A DNA stretch of 64,000 nt from Octopus sinensis (GCF_006345805.1 NC_042999.1:74276001-74340000), one strand, 5' to 3'. Positions 1 through 13,590 are shown, counted from the stretch's first letter. Numbers and translations are program-made. The notes: generated by a model not told the origin, from the letters alone.

Positions 1-588
1 AGAACAAACAACACCAGAAGAAAACATACAAGACACGTACTCCTCCACGCATCCAAGCGATGATGAGGGGGTAGCCCAAAAGGTAAAAACAAAATAAGAA
101 AGAGACACAGAAAAAGGGAGAAATCCAAGAAACGGCAAACACACTGATGACAACACCAAAACTACAAACACCATTACAAACATCTACAGCAGAATCAAAA
201 ACACAACAAACTTTAAAAAGAAAAATATCACAACAAAACCATCCGCACAGCAGTGGGATTTCCTGCTAGTGAGAAAGGCCAATGAAAAGCTGATGGCTCT
301 CAGCAGAAAGCGAGAACATTGAAATAGAAGGGATGATCTGCAGCCCCAACACTTTTAGAGTACCGGAGAGCCTAATGATGGTACGAATGACATTAGAGAT
401 TTATATGAGCATTAAGCGGAGCTTCTGTACATTAGATCTCCCACTGTAACGACCAGCAGATTGCTGTTAAGGAGGTTCCCAGAGGAACCCAACAAAATAG
501 ACAGATTAGGAGACCACTTGACCACAAACAAACAGCACCAGGATGGTAAGTGACACTCTCGTTTCCCTGTCCTTATTTCCTGGCCAGT

Positions 589-3500
589 ATGGAGGTTCTT
601 AAAGTAGGGTTTATAAATGTACGTGGCCTGGGATCGTCGTGGAAGCAAGGATGCTTGCGCAACGACCTCAGATCGATAAGTTTGGATATAATAGCCGTCA
701 GTGAGACCAGGATCGCGGACACAGGCCTTGGCTCCCATTTTCGATGACTTTGAGATTTTCGCATCTCTTAGTCGACCGGGAATGGGGGTGGGGTGGAAGT
801 GTTGTTCTGAAAAGGCCTAAATCTCGAGATACGGTCGATCTTCCTGGGCCTAGAAAATAAGTCAGTGATCCTGGTCGTGGACGATAATGAAGGGAATGCT
901 TTTAGACTGGTCGCAGTGTACGCACCGACTGGAACGGGGAAGCCAGATTTCTTCAGACGCTGGGAGGCCTTTCTAGGGAGGTCTCGCTCTTTAGTGTTAG
1001 TGAGCGATTGGCGCGCCATTTTGGATGCACTTGTGTATTGGTTGGGGTTAGTGGATAGGAAAGCGGGGCACACAAACCTCGCAACCTGCTCAGTCGTTTC
1101 CAGCTGGCGGAAAGGTTCAGACTGGAATTCCCGAACACTCCAGTGTGGACATGGGCAAACAGTGTCGGGTCATCCAGATCTTATCTAGATGGGATATTTT
1201 GTAGGCTAACAGATAGGAATAGTATGGGGTGTCCACAATTTGAATTCGTCAACTACACTGGCCACAAATTTGTGATCTGTACGGTTGACCTAGATAGGCT
1301 CTATAGGCAGGAACCCAGAAACCGGAAGCTGAACGCATCCTTCCCGGCGCATCAAGCTTTCAGAGACCGGCTTAGAAAGTTAGCCCATCAAAAGTTGACG
1401 GGTGGAGTCATCAACAACCGATGGTGGGAGGGTCCTAAAACGGGCGATTAAAGTAGAAGCTGTAGAATCTAGTTGAGAACTAGTGATAGAGAAGACTAGA
1501 GTAGAGGGATACCTTGATAATAAAATTAGAGGAGGTACTCAGTAGAGACATACTGATTGACGTGCTGGTAGCGAGATTAGTTCTGAACCAACTATTCAAC
1601 ACTAAGCATGAAGGATGCATTGTCGGGGTTAGGGCACATGCTCTGAAGCAGGAGGGAACAAAAGGCATTTGATGGGACCAGGCGCAACGTGGTAATAAAA
1701 CTGCAATTCGGTCTTTGAGGGGTCGGGACGGGCGCATGCTACATGTCTCGAAGCAGATGTGCGCAGAATTTCAGAGGCATTTTGCTGAACTGTACGAGAT
1801 GCGCTATGGCCCGGAGGTGAAAGTGAAGTTCACTTTCTACCTTGATGGTATGCAGCGACTTTCAGCCAGTGACGTAGATTTCTGCGAAATGCCGATAACA
1901 GCTGAATATATATGTGACACGTCGGAATATATATGTGACGCACTTGGGAGAAGTCTCTGGAATTGGATGGTCTCCCCTTCGAGCTTTATATACATATGCC
2001 AGACTTGTTTGGTAAGCTTTTAGTAGACGTCTACTTCATCTGGCAGCAGAATGGGAGAATACCCGGATCTGTGTGGCTACTGAGAAAGGATCCGAACAAG
2101 AGAGAGATTGTTGATAACTTTAGGCCAGTAACTCTGCTAAATGCAGATTACAAAATGTTGGCCAAGGTGCAAGCAGAGACGTAGGCGCTTGTCGTCGACA
2201 GACTGGTGGGTAATGCGCAGACTTGCGCTATCACCAGCAGAACTAAACACGACAACCTCCACCTCACGCGGTGTATCATAGAGAGGGTTGTTAAAAAACC
2301 TGGCATGAGTGGGGCCCTGATCAACTTGGATCAATCGAAAGCTTTCGTTAGAGTCGACCATCTCTATTTGGAGGCTGTCCTCAAGGCGGCTGATTTCGGG
2401 CCCGTTTTCAGAAGCTGGATCACTGCAGCGACATCTGTTCGGTGGTCAAAGTAAATGGCCAGCTCTCTGGACCGTTTAGTATTGTGCGTTCAGTCCGTCA
2501 AGGATGCCCACTCTCACCCCTTCTGTACGTACTGGTACTCGAGCCATTACTGTGGAAGCTGGAGGTTTCGAGGGGCATCCCGCGTGAACTGAGATGCGGA
2601 AGGTTCGTGTCGGCGTATACAGACGACGTCACCGTGGTATTGTCGGACATCTCGGATATCGAGAGGGTCAGCACTACCTTAAAGGAATACGAAGCGGTGA
2701 CAGGAGCAATGATCATCTAAGAGAAGTCAGTGGGCCTGCAGTTTGGCAACTGGAGAGGCAGGCCCATGCCAACCGACAGTGTTGTGAGGTGCTGGACAGA
2801 AGGATCTGTTAAGCTGCTCGTGTTCTCGTTCGGTCCGGATCACCAAGGAGCAAGAACTAGGGTGAGGTGACAGACAAGGTGGCCACTCTCGCCCATAAAT
2901 GGGCCAAGAGGAAACTCTCTGAAAGGATGGGTGGGGGTGGTGAATGTGTACCCGTCATATACAACCACCTGACTGTTGTCCCTTGCCCTACATTGTGGTT
3001 GAGCGGGTTGGTGCATTTGCTCTTCTGCTTCCTGTGGAAGGGAAGGTACCGCTTGTCAGTTGGTCTATTTGCTGTCAGGACCCGTTGCGTGGAGTACTGG
3101 ACATGCCGTGGTTGAGGAATCGCAGTCATGCGCTGAGGCTGCGACATCTCCAGCTATAGTCGGAGCTACAGTCCTGGATCAGGTATAGACCGAGACAGGA
3201 CACATAGAGTCTCCAAGCGCTCACAGCCCTCAGTCAGTCGGACAGTGTGATCGGTAGAAGTTCTGACTCGGCGTTCTATAGGGGATTAGTGGAGGGAAAG
3301 ATCGACGACATACTCGGAAAGGTCCTGGGCGTCGAGGGAGATCAACTGGCTAATCTCTTCTGGAAGACTTTCGGGCCGGGAACTATGGATAACTTCCAGA
3401 AAGCCTGGCAGTGCTATCGGGGGCGGGGGCGCTGCCGGTTCGAGATAAGCTCTATAGGTAGGGGTGTGCAATCGGTCAGGCTTATCCGAGATGCACGCAG

Positions 3501-4130
3501 AGCGATGAAACCGTTCTGTATGCTTTCGTACAGTGTCCACGCATTGCTGACTTGCGGAGCTTTGTCAAACGGTTATTGTTACGTGTAGGACGGATCCATC
3601 TCTCATTCGAGTCCATTGTGAAGATCACCCCGCCTTCTTCCTTTGGCCGGGAAAGGAGGGCTTTTTCTCTGGTGGCTATAGCAAAATAGGTTGTGTGGGG
3701 ACGCGATTGAAAGGATTGAAGACGGGTACCTTCCCCTTTGGCAAAGGCCTCATTGACATTTTAGGTTCCACCAGAAAGGGAAAGTGAGGCTTGAGAGGGA
3801 GGCACTGTCACCCAGTAAGTCGTTGGAAAGTAGATGAATGTAGCAAAAATGGCTCGCGTGATTGGGCCTACTCAGATTGTGCGCTTCTACGCCGGATGGA
3901 AGGAAGAAGAGAGGGTGTCTTCCTGAGGAACCGTTAGTGTTAAGTGTTCCAAAGTGCATGAGGTCTCTTTGGTCACCATACGGTGGAATCCCACCTCTAA
4001 TAGGAAAGCATGTTGTTGATTTAATCTCTTTGTTAATCGTTGTGTTTATTGGCTGTTTACACGTTTAACCTCACTGTCCCTTGTCTGCGCATCGTCCTCT
4101 ATGTTTTGTGTTCGTCCCCGGTAGCCAAAA
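589..4130 (+). mobile_element. Degraded Tx1/L1-clade non-LTR retrotransposon (ORF2: APE endonuclease, RT, C-terminal Zn-knuckle remnant), frameshifted
   Basis: APE start MEVLKVGFINVRGL...DIIAVSET at 589; RT motifs NFRPVTLLNADYK, INLDQSKAF.RVDH, VRQGCPLSPLLY, AYTDDVT; PRC..SDETVLYAFVQC near 3490; many stops and frameshifts. Confidence 0.9.
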
Positions 4131-4194
4131 AAAGAAAGAAAGAATTATTGTTGTTGTTGTTGCTGCTGCTGCTGTTGTTGTTGTTGTCTTTGTA

Positions 4195-5335
4195 CAGCTT
4201 CTAACGCTGGAGATGTACTACGGTGTCAGCTGTTCATTACCAGTGAACTGAGGTAAAAAAAAAACCTTATTTTTCGAGCACAACCCGGCATATTCGAAAG
4301 CTCCAAGCAGTGCTGTTATCTGCTAGTGCTCCACCCTTATTGCCGTCCCTATTTGTTCCATGCACTTCTCAAGATTTTTACTCGCTATTCCCAGAGCTCC
4401 GACAATTATTGGTAGTACTACCACTTTTTTCAGCGACCACAACTGCTTAACCTCCCATGCTAACCTGTTATATATATCAACTTTTTTTTCTTCTTTATCG
4501 CATACCTTGTTTTCAGCTGGGCGTGCTATATTTATGATCCAGCATCGTTTACTTTCTTTCTCAATCAACATTATCTCTGGTTTCCAATTCTCTATCACAT
4601 GATCGCACTGAATCAGAATCCCATAGGATCTTTGCATTATCATTTTCGATGATGCTTTCGGGTTTATGTTCGTACCAGTTTTTTTGCTCTCACAAGTCCA
4701 TACTTGTTGCAAGGTGTCCAATGGACAATCCTTGCTATATTTTCATGACGTCTCTTATATTCTTTCTGGGCTAGTGGCATGCATTGACTGGTAATATGCC
4801 ATACGGTCTCACTATTTTCTGCACTTGTCACTTTCTGATGTGTTGTCTATTCTGTATTTGATTTAATTCGTTTTCAATGCTTGCTCTTGGGCAGTACAGA
4901 TTAGAGCTTCCGTTTCCGGTTTTAAATTACTTTTAGCCATCCATAACCAACTTTTTTCTCTGTCTGTCTTCAAAATCCCTATGAAATTGTCCATGCATTC
5001 TTTTCTTTATCCACCTATTTTCAGTTTCATTCATTCTCAAGTGCTTGTATAGTGCTTTATCTTTGCAATCTTCCACCCAACACAAGCCTGACTTTATTAC
5101 TTCCAATAATAGCAGTTCTGTGGCATTTTTTACATACCATGCTATGTTGTTTTCTTCTGCTCTAATGCTGTGTTCGCATCTAATCAGTCCTCTTCCCCCT
5201 CTTTTTCTTGGTACATTCAGTCTGTCTGTGTCACTTTTTGGGTAGAGTATGCCATATCTAGTCAACAACTTCATTGTCTTCCTGTCTGAGCTGTTTAGTT
5301 CGTCTACTGTCCATGCCATTACTCCTGCTCTATAT
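4195..5335 (-). mobile_element. 5'-truncated R4/Dong-type (RLE) non-LTR retrotransposon 3' end
   Basis: PKSDTDRLNVPRKRGGRGL (post-RT), KPEIMLIEKESKRCWIINIA...KEEKKVDIY..L (PD-D/ExK restriction-like endonuclease); 3' UTR matches 38300-38370; ends in (AAC/AGC)n tail at 4142-4190. Confidence 0.85.
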
Positions 5336-5439
5336 ATAAGAAGTGAACGATCATGGGATTGTACCTAGAAAGTTCGCCTCTAAGGCACAAATCCGGACAC
5401 GGGTGTTTACAGAAGGCCAACAGTCATCTTATGCATGGA

Positions 5440-5825
5440 ATGGAAGCACTCCGTCGGTTCCGACGGCGAGGGTTCCGGTTGATCCGAATCAACGGAACAG
5501 CCTGCTCGTGAAATTAACGTGTAAATGGCTGAGCACTCCACAGACACGTGTACCCTTAACGTAGTTCTCGGGGATATTCAGCGTGACACAGAGAGTGACA
5601 AGGCCGGCCCTTTGAAATACAGGTACAACAGAAACAGGAAGTAAGAGTGAGAGAAAGTTGTAGTGAAAGAGTACAGCAGGGATCACCACCATCCCCTGCC
5701 GGAGCCTCGTGGAGCTTTAGGTGTTTTCGCTCAATAAACACTCACAACGCCCGGTCTGGGAATCGAAACCGCGATCCTACGACCGCGAGTCCGCTGCCCT
5801 AACCACTGGGCCATTGCGCCTCCAC
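5440..5825 (-). mobile_element. tRNA-derived SINE
   Basis: Minus strand begins GTGGAGGCGCAATGGCCCAGTGGTTAGG (A box) ... GGTTTCGATTCC (B box), followed by a non-tRNA body. Confidence 0.8.
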
Positions 5826-6640
5826 CATCTTATACATATCAACCTCTCCTCTCCATATGTATCTGTAAATGTGTGCGTATGTATATGTATATATATGGTT
5901 GGGTGACTTTTTTATATTTCTAAAGTTCTCGCCAATGAAGACAGAGGCTGGTTTTAACTTAGAACCAAAGCTTCTTCATTGAAATTTCAGTATCATCAAC
6001 AGGTTAGATGTGCAAGTATCTGTGTATATGAACAAGTATTTGGAGTCAGTGCTTGTTAAATCTGTATGCTTTGTTTTATGTATGTGTACTCAAGCACATA
6101 CGCAAAGTAAGTTCAGCCAACGAGATGAAACATATGTGCATTCAGGCGTGTGTGCGTGTAAGACATAACGTAAGCTGAATGAGGGCGCAGTATATATGAA
6201 AAACAAATGTAGTTTGTTTGTTTTTTGGGGGAGGGGTATCAACTTCTGACATAGTTGTGTTTCCAAGAAATAGACGTACAAAATGACAGTTGTATACGTC
6301 GATTGTACGAATCGGAAATATATATACTGCGTATTTGACGAGTATAGATAACTATCGCTCCAACAACATTTCGAATTTAGTACACCTCGTTTTCTGCTTT
6401 ATGTCAGCCATGAGTATATAGATTAGTTCATTTCGAAAAAATATCTTCTTGATATCCTACGTTTTACGTGTATATACAGTCGTGCTGTTTTACACGCATC
6501 CACCTCATGAAAATATAAATCCAAGGTAAATAAAAATATTTACCTGAAATATTTTCAGTTCTTTCCGTTTACATTGTATTTTATACATGTTTTACATATA
6601 TATGTGTATGCTTCTATGTGTAAATTAGAAATAAAATTAA

Positions 6641-6641
<1 letters not shown>

Positions 6642-6700
<59 letters not shown>

Positions 6701-6838
6701 GCACGCACGTACGCACCTACGCATAAATGTATGTACACAGACAGACAGACAGGCGGGCAGACAGACAGACAGACAGACAGGCAGGCAGGCAGACAGGCAG
6801 ATAGGCAGACAGGCAGACAGACAGGCAGGCAGACAGCC

Positions 6839-6902
<64 letters not shown>
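6642..6902. repeat. Compound microsatellite (CA)n-(CAGA/CAGG)n-(GATA)n
   Basis: Direct inspection. Confidence 0.95.
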
Positions 6903-6904
<2 letters not shown>

Positions 6905-8549
6905 AATGGATCTAATCACAAATCCATGACATTCCACCTGGTCTGAAAATACAGTACATTGCCATTCTCATACACCACAAGATTCCCTTAGTCCTTCATA
7001 CTTGAAGCTCTTTCCACATTGGCCTTCCGCAGCACTGTTAGCAAGACGATTAGAGCGTTTTTCCTCAAATCAGACAATGTCATGAGGTTAGGGTACTACA
7101 TTGTTTTTACGGCTTAAGAATACGATCGCTTTTTTCACACCAATCGTCAATTCTAATCATATGCGTCATCCAGAAATCTGAATGTCTTTTCTTTTTTTTT
7201 TTTTACGTTCTTGCTTCATCCAATCTGTTTTCTATCTTATGGAAAATAGCAGGGTGAAATTTTGGGTTTGTCCCCATTATATTGATACTTCTGCATTATT
7301 GTTTTAGTGCCTCATGGAGAGGATATTCAAGACAAGATTTTGCTGCCAGAAAGTACTCTACAATGGATGACTCACATCCTGACAGGACATGCTCCAAGGA
7401 ATCTTAACCTCAACACAGAATCACTCAGTTTAATATTATTAGACAGGGAGAGAAGCATATACTTTTCTCTCAGAATATACTTTTCTCTCACAATGGCTCG
7501 CAGCCTGCTGGTTTCATATTCTATAGCATATTTCGTGATAGCTTCCTTTGTACAACTGCCTTTTATGCCGTCCGAGCGTGTTAACTTTCCATCAACTTTA
7601 AATTACAGTGACCTGTAAACTTCCTACGATGGAAACATTTCAACTTCGTCATTTACAACACCACCAAGATACTATCACATGTCGTATAAAGAATATGAAA
7701 CAAAAGCAAAAATAACTTTAGATCTCCTTGTGATAAAAGTACAACTTTAGACTTCCTTATAAACAACATTACTTATTTAGTCTCGGGTTTTCTCAGACTG
7801 TGCAAACCTGAGACTAAATAATATAGATGAGGCATGGCTTCTTCACTCGCAGTGGAAATTTCACGCCTAGGAACCCTGGTCTTTCCAAACAACAAATGAA
7901 CATCATAGAGCAGAAGGGGATTTGTCCAGTAACACACGCTTTTTAGTGTTATTGTCTCAACAAAATACTACGGCTCTTATTTTTGTGGCAACGATGTTTG
8001 CTCTTGCAATAGGTTTTAGAGAGCTTACCACCCACCAGCTGAACGTGCCTTCATTCCATCATGGAACTTTTCATTGTTTTACTTGTCTCGTCTACGACCA
8101 ACCAGAGTATACAACACATAATAGAGATTTTAAAAGAGATGTTAAAACTTAAGCGATGCCTGTACTCGAATCTTTCTAAAGTGAGGAAAAGCCTTGTACA
8201 GGGCTACTCCCATTTTCTTAAAAACATATGCACTTATTTACCCAAAATAACTGTTCTAAATCGTTAGATAAAAATGTAGTTGCAGATGTTTCCTTCTTTT
8301 ACAGAGATGTATAAACAAAGAATAATGGTCTCTCTCCAGCTGTTGGAAGGTTGTTGATCCTACTAAGTTCATCCATCCTTTGATAAGTTTTGTTTACGTC
8401 CTGCAGGGTGTCCAAAAAACACTCTTCTTACTAATCAGACTTAGTAGGGTTAGCGGTTTAATCACCAACGACCCGACCATTTGATAGATTGTACATGTTA
8501 CAGGCCTGACATATATAGTGAGAATTTGCAAAAAGAAAGAAAAAAGATG

Positions 8550-8665
8550 TGTGTTAAACAACAAACAGATGTATTAGTTTAACGCTCGGGAAGTGAGAAA
8601 GTCTTTTACGTTTCGAGCCAACAATCTTCAACACAAAGGAACACAAGAATAAACAGGGAGAGAAA
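8550..8665 (-). mobile_element. Solo PLE terminal-repeat fragment with decayed hammerhead motif
   Basis: Homologous to 16350-16470 and, inverted, 55330-55450; minus strand ...GGCTCGAAACGTAAAAGAC. Confidence 0.65.
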
Positions 8666-9090
8666 ATAGAAAAAGGTGCACATATTTACATATCCATATG
8701 CACAGTATAAGCATAATTTTAATAACTATGTAGTTGAAGAAACATATCGCATGTACGACATTAAATTGCCAGTTTGGTTTGGTATTCCAAAAGTAATAGT
8801 TGACCAATATCGTTTTTTACTCTGACAAAATTTACAACTCCGTATATATTTCATTGTTATTGGAACTCTTCAGCTAACTGGAAAATCACTGTTTATGTAT
8901 ATTTTCACCAGTATCACCACCACTAACAAATTTCTTATCATCATCATCATGAATATCATCACCATCATCATCATGTCCTGTACCTTATCTGAGCCACCAA
9001 TACTTTGAACAGTACTAATACATTTACAACTAGCCTGCAGAGGTAACTGTTTTATCAATATATCATATTTTATAATCTATTTATTTACAG

Positions 9091-9184
9091 ATGATAAAGA
9101 TGAAGACACATCCTTGTCAGACTCGTCATACCTATCTGACATTGTTCGTACTTGCAGCTTTAACTGTATTTGGACATGCTCACC
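9091..9184 (+). CDS. Probable first coding exon (signal peptide) of secreted MAM-domain protein
   Basis: tttacag|ATG...CACC|gtaagt; encodes MIKMKTHPCQTRHTYLTLFVLAALTVFGHAH with a hydrophobic core; 94 nt, ends in phase 1, matching the phase-1 start of exon 32996. Confidence 0.7.
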
Positions 9185-9383
9185 GTAAGTATAGTTAGGT
9201 GTCATTCCTTTTGTACTATATGACATTCAATGTCTCATGCAAAATTGAATATTTCTCAGAATAGTGAACATTAACATTGTTGGTTCATTTACACCAATAA
9301 ATCACAGGCATGTATATGTGTGTATATGTGCACACACACATACACATATGCGCACATATACATGCGCGCGCACACACACACAC

Positions 9384-9442
<59 letters not shown>

Positions 9443-9451
9443 TATGAGTGC

Positions 9452-9495
<44 letters not shown>

Positions 9496-9682
9496 ATGTG
9501 TGTGTTGTACAGAATAGTTAGAGCATCCAAACGAGGATCTCATGATTGTAAAATAAACTTCTTAAAACATTTGGTGATACTGTGCCTATTACTCATTTGT
9601 GTGTATGTAGGTGTATGTATGAATATATACCTACATACACACATACATACATGATACACACAGATATTCATAAGCATATATA

Positions 9683-10234
9683 GAGGATGGCCCAAAAGTA
9701 GGTTTATAGTTTTCACGTAGGAACTTTAAATTTCTTTTAAAACATTTTATTACATTTAAATTTCTATCTTACAATCATATTGTTTATGCACATCTGAAAC
9801 AGACAATGTTTAATCTCACAGATGCTCAAAATGTTCTCCTTCAACATTGCAAAATTCTTCAAATCTCTTCAGAACACTCTGACACACAGTACGGCACAAA
9901 TTCCGATCTCCACCAATTTCAGTGAATGCGTCAGAAATGTAATCTTTTAAATCATTTAGTGTTTTGGGATTCTTCTCATAAATATTGTTCTTTACAACAC
10001 CCACCAAAAAGCAAAAAGAAATCCATTGGTGTCAGGTCAGGAGAACGTGGTAGCCATTCGATGCTGTTCCGTCTTCCAAACCAACACTGTGGAAAGGCTT
10101 GGTTAAGGTAGTCTCTTACTGTCAATGTATAATATGGAGGTACTCCATCTTGCTGTATGAACAGTTCTAAACTGTTAATATATGAATGCAAAAGAGATAG
10201 TTGAATAACCGTAACCTACTTTTGGGCCACTCTG
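9683..10234 (-). mobile_element. Internally deleted Tc1/mariner-superfamily DNA transposon
   Basis: TIRs GAGGATGGCCCAAAAGTAGGTT and reverse-complement CAGAGTGGCCCAAAAGTAGGTT; transposase C-terminal remnant QQDGVPPY...WLPRSPDLTPMDFF...VKNNIYEKNPKTL. Confidence 0.85.
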
Positions 10235-10544
10235 CATATACATATACATCTACAGTTCTTACCTGGATGTGTTAAAATTTTGTTTGTTAGTTTGTTATTA
10301 AATTTACTTTCAAACATTAAAAGTTGGCATTCAGTGATCTTACAGAAAGTATATTATAATATACATGTTAATGTAATGCTGTCTGAAAGGGACAGGTATA
10401 TGTGTGGGTATGGGGTGTTTGTGTGAGAGAAAGAATTAATCTGTGAAACAAAGAAGAAAGGAAAGAGACTACCATTCCATTACAACCCTCCTTCACTTCC
10501 TAGAGGATCTCTCGCCCAAGAAGATCTATAACAATTTTTTTCTT

Positions 10545-10631
10545 CATGTGGGGTACCGTATCTTCTACTATAGCCCGGCCGACCAAAGCCTTGTGAGTGG
10601 ATCTGTTAGACGGAAACTGAAAGAGGCTTGC

Positions 10632-10667
<36 letters not shown>

Positions 10668-10790
10668 CATGTGTGTACGTACGTGTGCATGTATGTGCCT
10701 TTTTGTGTTTGTGCTGTCAATGCTTGACAACCAGTGTTGGTTTGTTAACATCTCCGTAACTCGGAGCTTAGCAAAAAGAGGCCTATAGAA
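10545..10790 (+). mobile_element. SINE fragment (same family as 12735-13137) with internal (GT)n
   Basis: CTTCTACTATAGCCCGGCCGACCAAAGCCTTGTGAGTGGAT...GACGGAAACTGAAAG shared with reverse complement of 12970-13060. Confidence 0.75.
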
Positions 10791-10793
10791 TAA

Positions 10794-11040
10794 TTGTCAG
10801 TCTTTAAAAACGGGCAGAAATCATGTCAAATTTGCCTCTCTCAGCTAAAACAAAAAATAGTCGACAGGTTTGCTGCGGCAGCTCGTGCATTTGGACTGAC
10901 TATCAGTATCAAGAAGACGGAAACTTTATTCCAGCCAAAGCCTGTGGCAGAACATTCTCAAGATTCAAATGTGATGATTGGCAATAACCCACTTAAACGG
11001 GCCAGGTCATTTAAATATCTTCGAAGTGCAGTAAACTTTA
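10794..11040 (+). mobile_element. RTE-type LINE reverse-transcriptase fragment
   Basis: QKIVDRFAAAARAFGLTISIKKTE...FKYLRS resembles RT domains 6-7 of RTE elements. Confidence 0.7.
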
Positions 11041-11129
11041 AGTATTTCAAGAAAACTTTCCCGTCGTTTGTGGAATGAACACGGTGTCAGTCTGAAAAAA
11101 TAAATGTATCTCCTACTAAACAAAGTTTT

Positions 11130-11492
11130 TGAAACTTGTTTCTGTCTGTACACCTATATAATCCCCACCGATTACCGAAAGCTGAATAGTTATCTCCCTT
11201 ACCCACAACAATAGCAATAATAACGACAACCAATTACCTCCCTTTATTTATCTACTTGTGAAGTCATTCACTCGTGAATTTCATCACACACAACATGGAC
11301 CAAATTTCTTCTTAAGAAAAAATATATATTCAAATAAGTAAAACATAATGTCATGAATAGTGATAGCGAAACCGGTCGATATATTAAAAATTATATTAAA
11401 ACTATGTAAGTGTGCGTAGTTTCCTTTTTTAATTTCTTATATACATTACAACTCACTACCTGGGGATAATGGAGATGCCTCTTTTCTGTTAC

Positions 11493-11500
<8 letters not shown>
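11130..11500 (+). mobile_element. PLE 3' terminal repeat fragment
   Basis: TTATCTCCCTTAC motif and HHR similar to reverse complement of 13900-14110; abuts (TA)n. Confidence 0.6.
11348..11382 (+). ncRNA. Minimal type-I hammerhead ribozyme, A3-U8 core variant
   Basis: ATGTC-ATGAATA-GT(GATA)GC-GAAA-CCGG-TC|GATAT: stem I 5 bp, stem II 2 bp, palindromic stem III ACCGGT, GUC triad. Confidence 0.6.
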
Positions 11501-11532
<32 letters not shown>

Positions 11533-11765
11533 TATTATATATATATATATATAATAATATTAATTAGAGACAAAACCACTATTATGCAAATCAAACAAAG
11601 AAAGACTTAATCCAATACATAAAAAATTTTATATAAATAAATAAAATTAAATTCGCCACTACAATTGTTTTGTCTCTAATTAATATTATATAATATTTTA
11701 CTATAAAATTGAATTCAGTCCTAAATCTGATTTTTCCCTATAAATTTGGATTTATTCCCTAATAT

Positions 11766-11832
<67 letters not shown>

Positions 11833-11834
<2 letters not shown>

Positions 11835-12030
11835 TTTTATTATTCTACCTGTTTCAGTCATTTGACTGTGGTCATGCTTGAGTACCGCCTTTAGTCGAAC
11901 TAATGGACCGCTGGACTTAATCTTTGCAAGCCGAGTACTTATTCTGTCAGTGTCTTTTGCCAAACCGCTAAGTTACAGGGACGTAAACTCACCAACACCA
12001 GCTTTCAAGTGCTGGCGAGGAGCACAAACA
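11833..12030 (-). mobile_element. SINE 3' half
   Basis: Same tail as 12735-12930 (TGTTTCAGTCATTTGACTG...CCGCTAAGT). Confidence 0.75.
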
Positions 12031-12057
12031 CAGACATACACAAATACACATACACAT

Positions 12058-12144
<87 letters not shown>

Positions 12145-12514
12145 CATGCATAAAATTTTATAATTATGAGTATAATTATAATTAGGGTTCAGCAAAAATT
12201 TGCTTCACCACATATCGAAATTTAGAAATATCAGTTAAATCTACCTATTTCACTATTTTAAGAAAATATACCAGGCAGCATTTTTATTATAGTAGTGAAA
12301 TAGCTAGTTTTAACTGCTATTTCTAAATTTCGGTATGTGTTGAAGCAAATTTTTGCTGAACCCTAATTATAATTATACTCATAATTATAAAATTTTATGT
12401 ATAAGTTTACCGATAATGGTCCTTTTAACATACCGAACTACTTGGTAAAATTATTAATTATTAATTAATTAATTTTACCCCTTATTATTATGGAGATATA
12501 TATATATATAATAT

Positions 12515-12568
<54 letters not shown>

Positions 12569-12734
12569 CATGTATGTGTATGTGTATGTGTGAGTGTATG
12601 TAGATATTTATCATCGTCATCAATTAACATGCAAACACACATCATATAATACATACATACATACATACATGCTTACATATATATATAAACACACACACAC
12701 ATATATATATATATACACACACACAGACGTATTA

Positions 12735-13137
12735 CTCTTTTACTTGTTTCAGTCATTTGACTGCGGCCATGCTGGAGCACCACCTTTAGTCGAGCAAATC
12801 GACCCCAGGACTTATTTTTTGTAAGCCCAGTACTTATTCTATCGGTCTCCTTTGCCGAACCGCTAAGTGACGGGGACATAAACACACCAGCATCGGTTGT
12901 CAAGCAATGCTAGGGGGACAAACACAGACACACAAACATATACACCCACATACATACACATATATATACATATATACGACAGGCTTCTTTCAGTTTCCGT
13001 TTACCAAATCCACTCACAAGGCATTGGTCGGCCCGGGGCTATAGCAGAAGACACTTGCCCAATATGCCACGCAGTGGGACTGAACTCGGAACCGTGTGGT
13101 TGGTAAGCAAGCTACTTACCACACAGCCACTCCTGCG
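12735..13137 (-). mobile_element. Full-length tRNA-derived SINE (CORE-like) with internal microsatellite
   Basis: Minus strand GCAGGAGTGGCTGTGTGGTAAG (A box) ... GAGTTCAGTCC (B box), TTGGGCAAGTGTCTT core-like motif; relatives at 10545, 11833, 24130, 28255. Confidence 0.8.
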
Positions 13138-13590
13138 TATGTGTATTATTTTTCCTTTTTTCAAAGATGATGAAGATAATACCTTAAATGGATGTCAAAC
13201 GATGATGCAAAACAGATAACACCCTAAACAATATGCCTCAATAACGAATTACCTCAGCAGACAAGTATAAGAACACCACACCCAGTACAAAATCAAAATC
13301 CAGCAAACAAATTGACCACAAAACAGTTTGCCCAAAAGATAATTCCAAGGAAGACAAACATTCGAAGGATTCCACCGAGGAATAGCGTCCCTTGATGCAT
13401 TGTTTTAATCACGAGAATTAACGAGAATCTCCGCGAATACAATGAGGCTGTGTTTCCCAAAATAGAGGCGCACACCTCTCTCCATGTGATCGGCTTGAAA
13501 CATTGTTAAGACACTGGGATATTTTCCTGATTTCTAAACATGAGACGAATGATAGTCTTAATTCACAAATAAAGATACATATATATATAT

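Noticed and set aside
1-545. Possible ORF1 of the Tx1 element or the 3' end of another LINE
   Set aside because: No recognisable motif in any frame; cannot be assigned by eye.
5750-5825. tRNA genes (also at 13060-13137 and 34545-34610)
   Set aside because: A/B boxes are followed by repeated SINE bodies and there is no complete cloverleaf, so these are SINE heads.
6100-7090. Promoter or 5' UTR exon of the MAM gene
   Set aside because: Slightly CpG-richer with possible donors at ~6527 and ~7087, but nothing decisive without transcript data.
13385-13515. Possible additional hammerhead (…TTGATGC…GAAACATTGTT|AAGAC)
   Set aside because: Core and stems are too degenerate to support.
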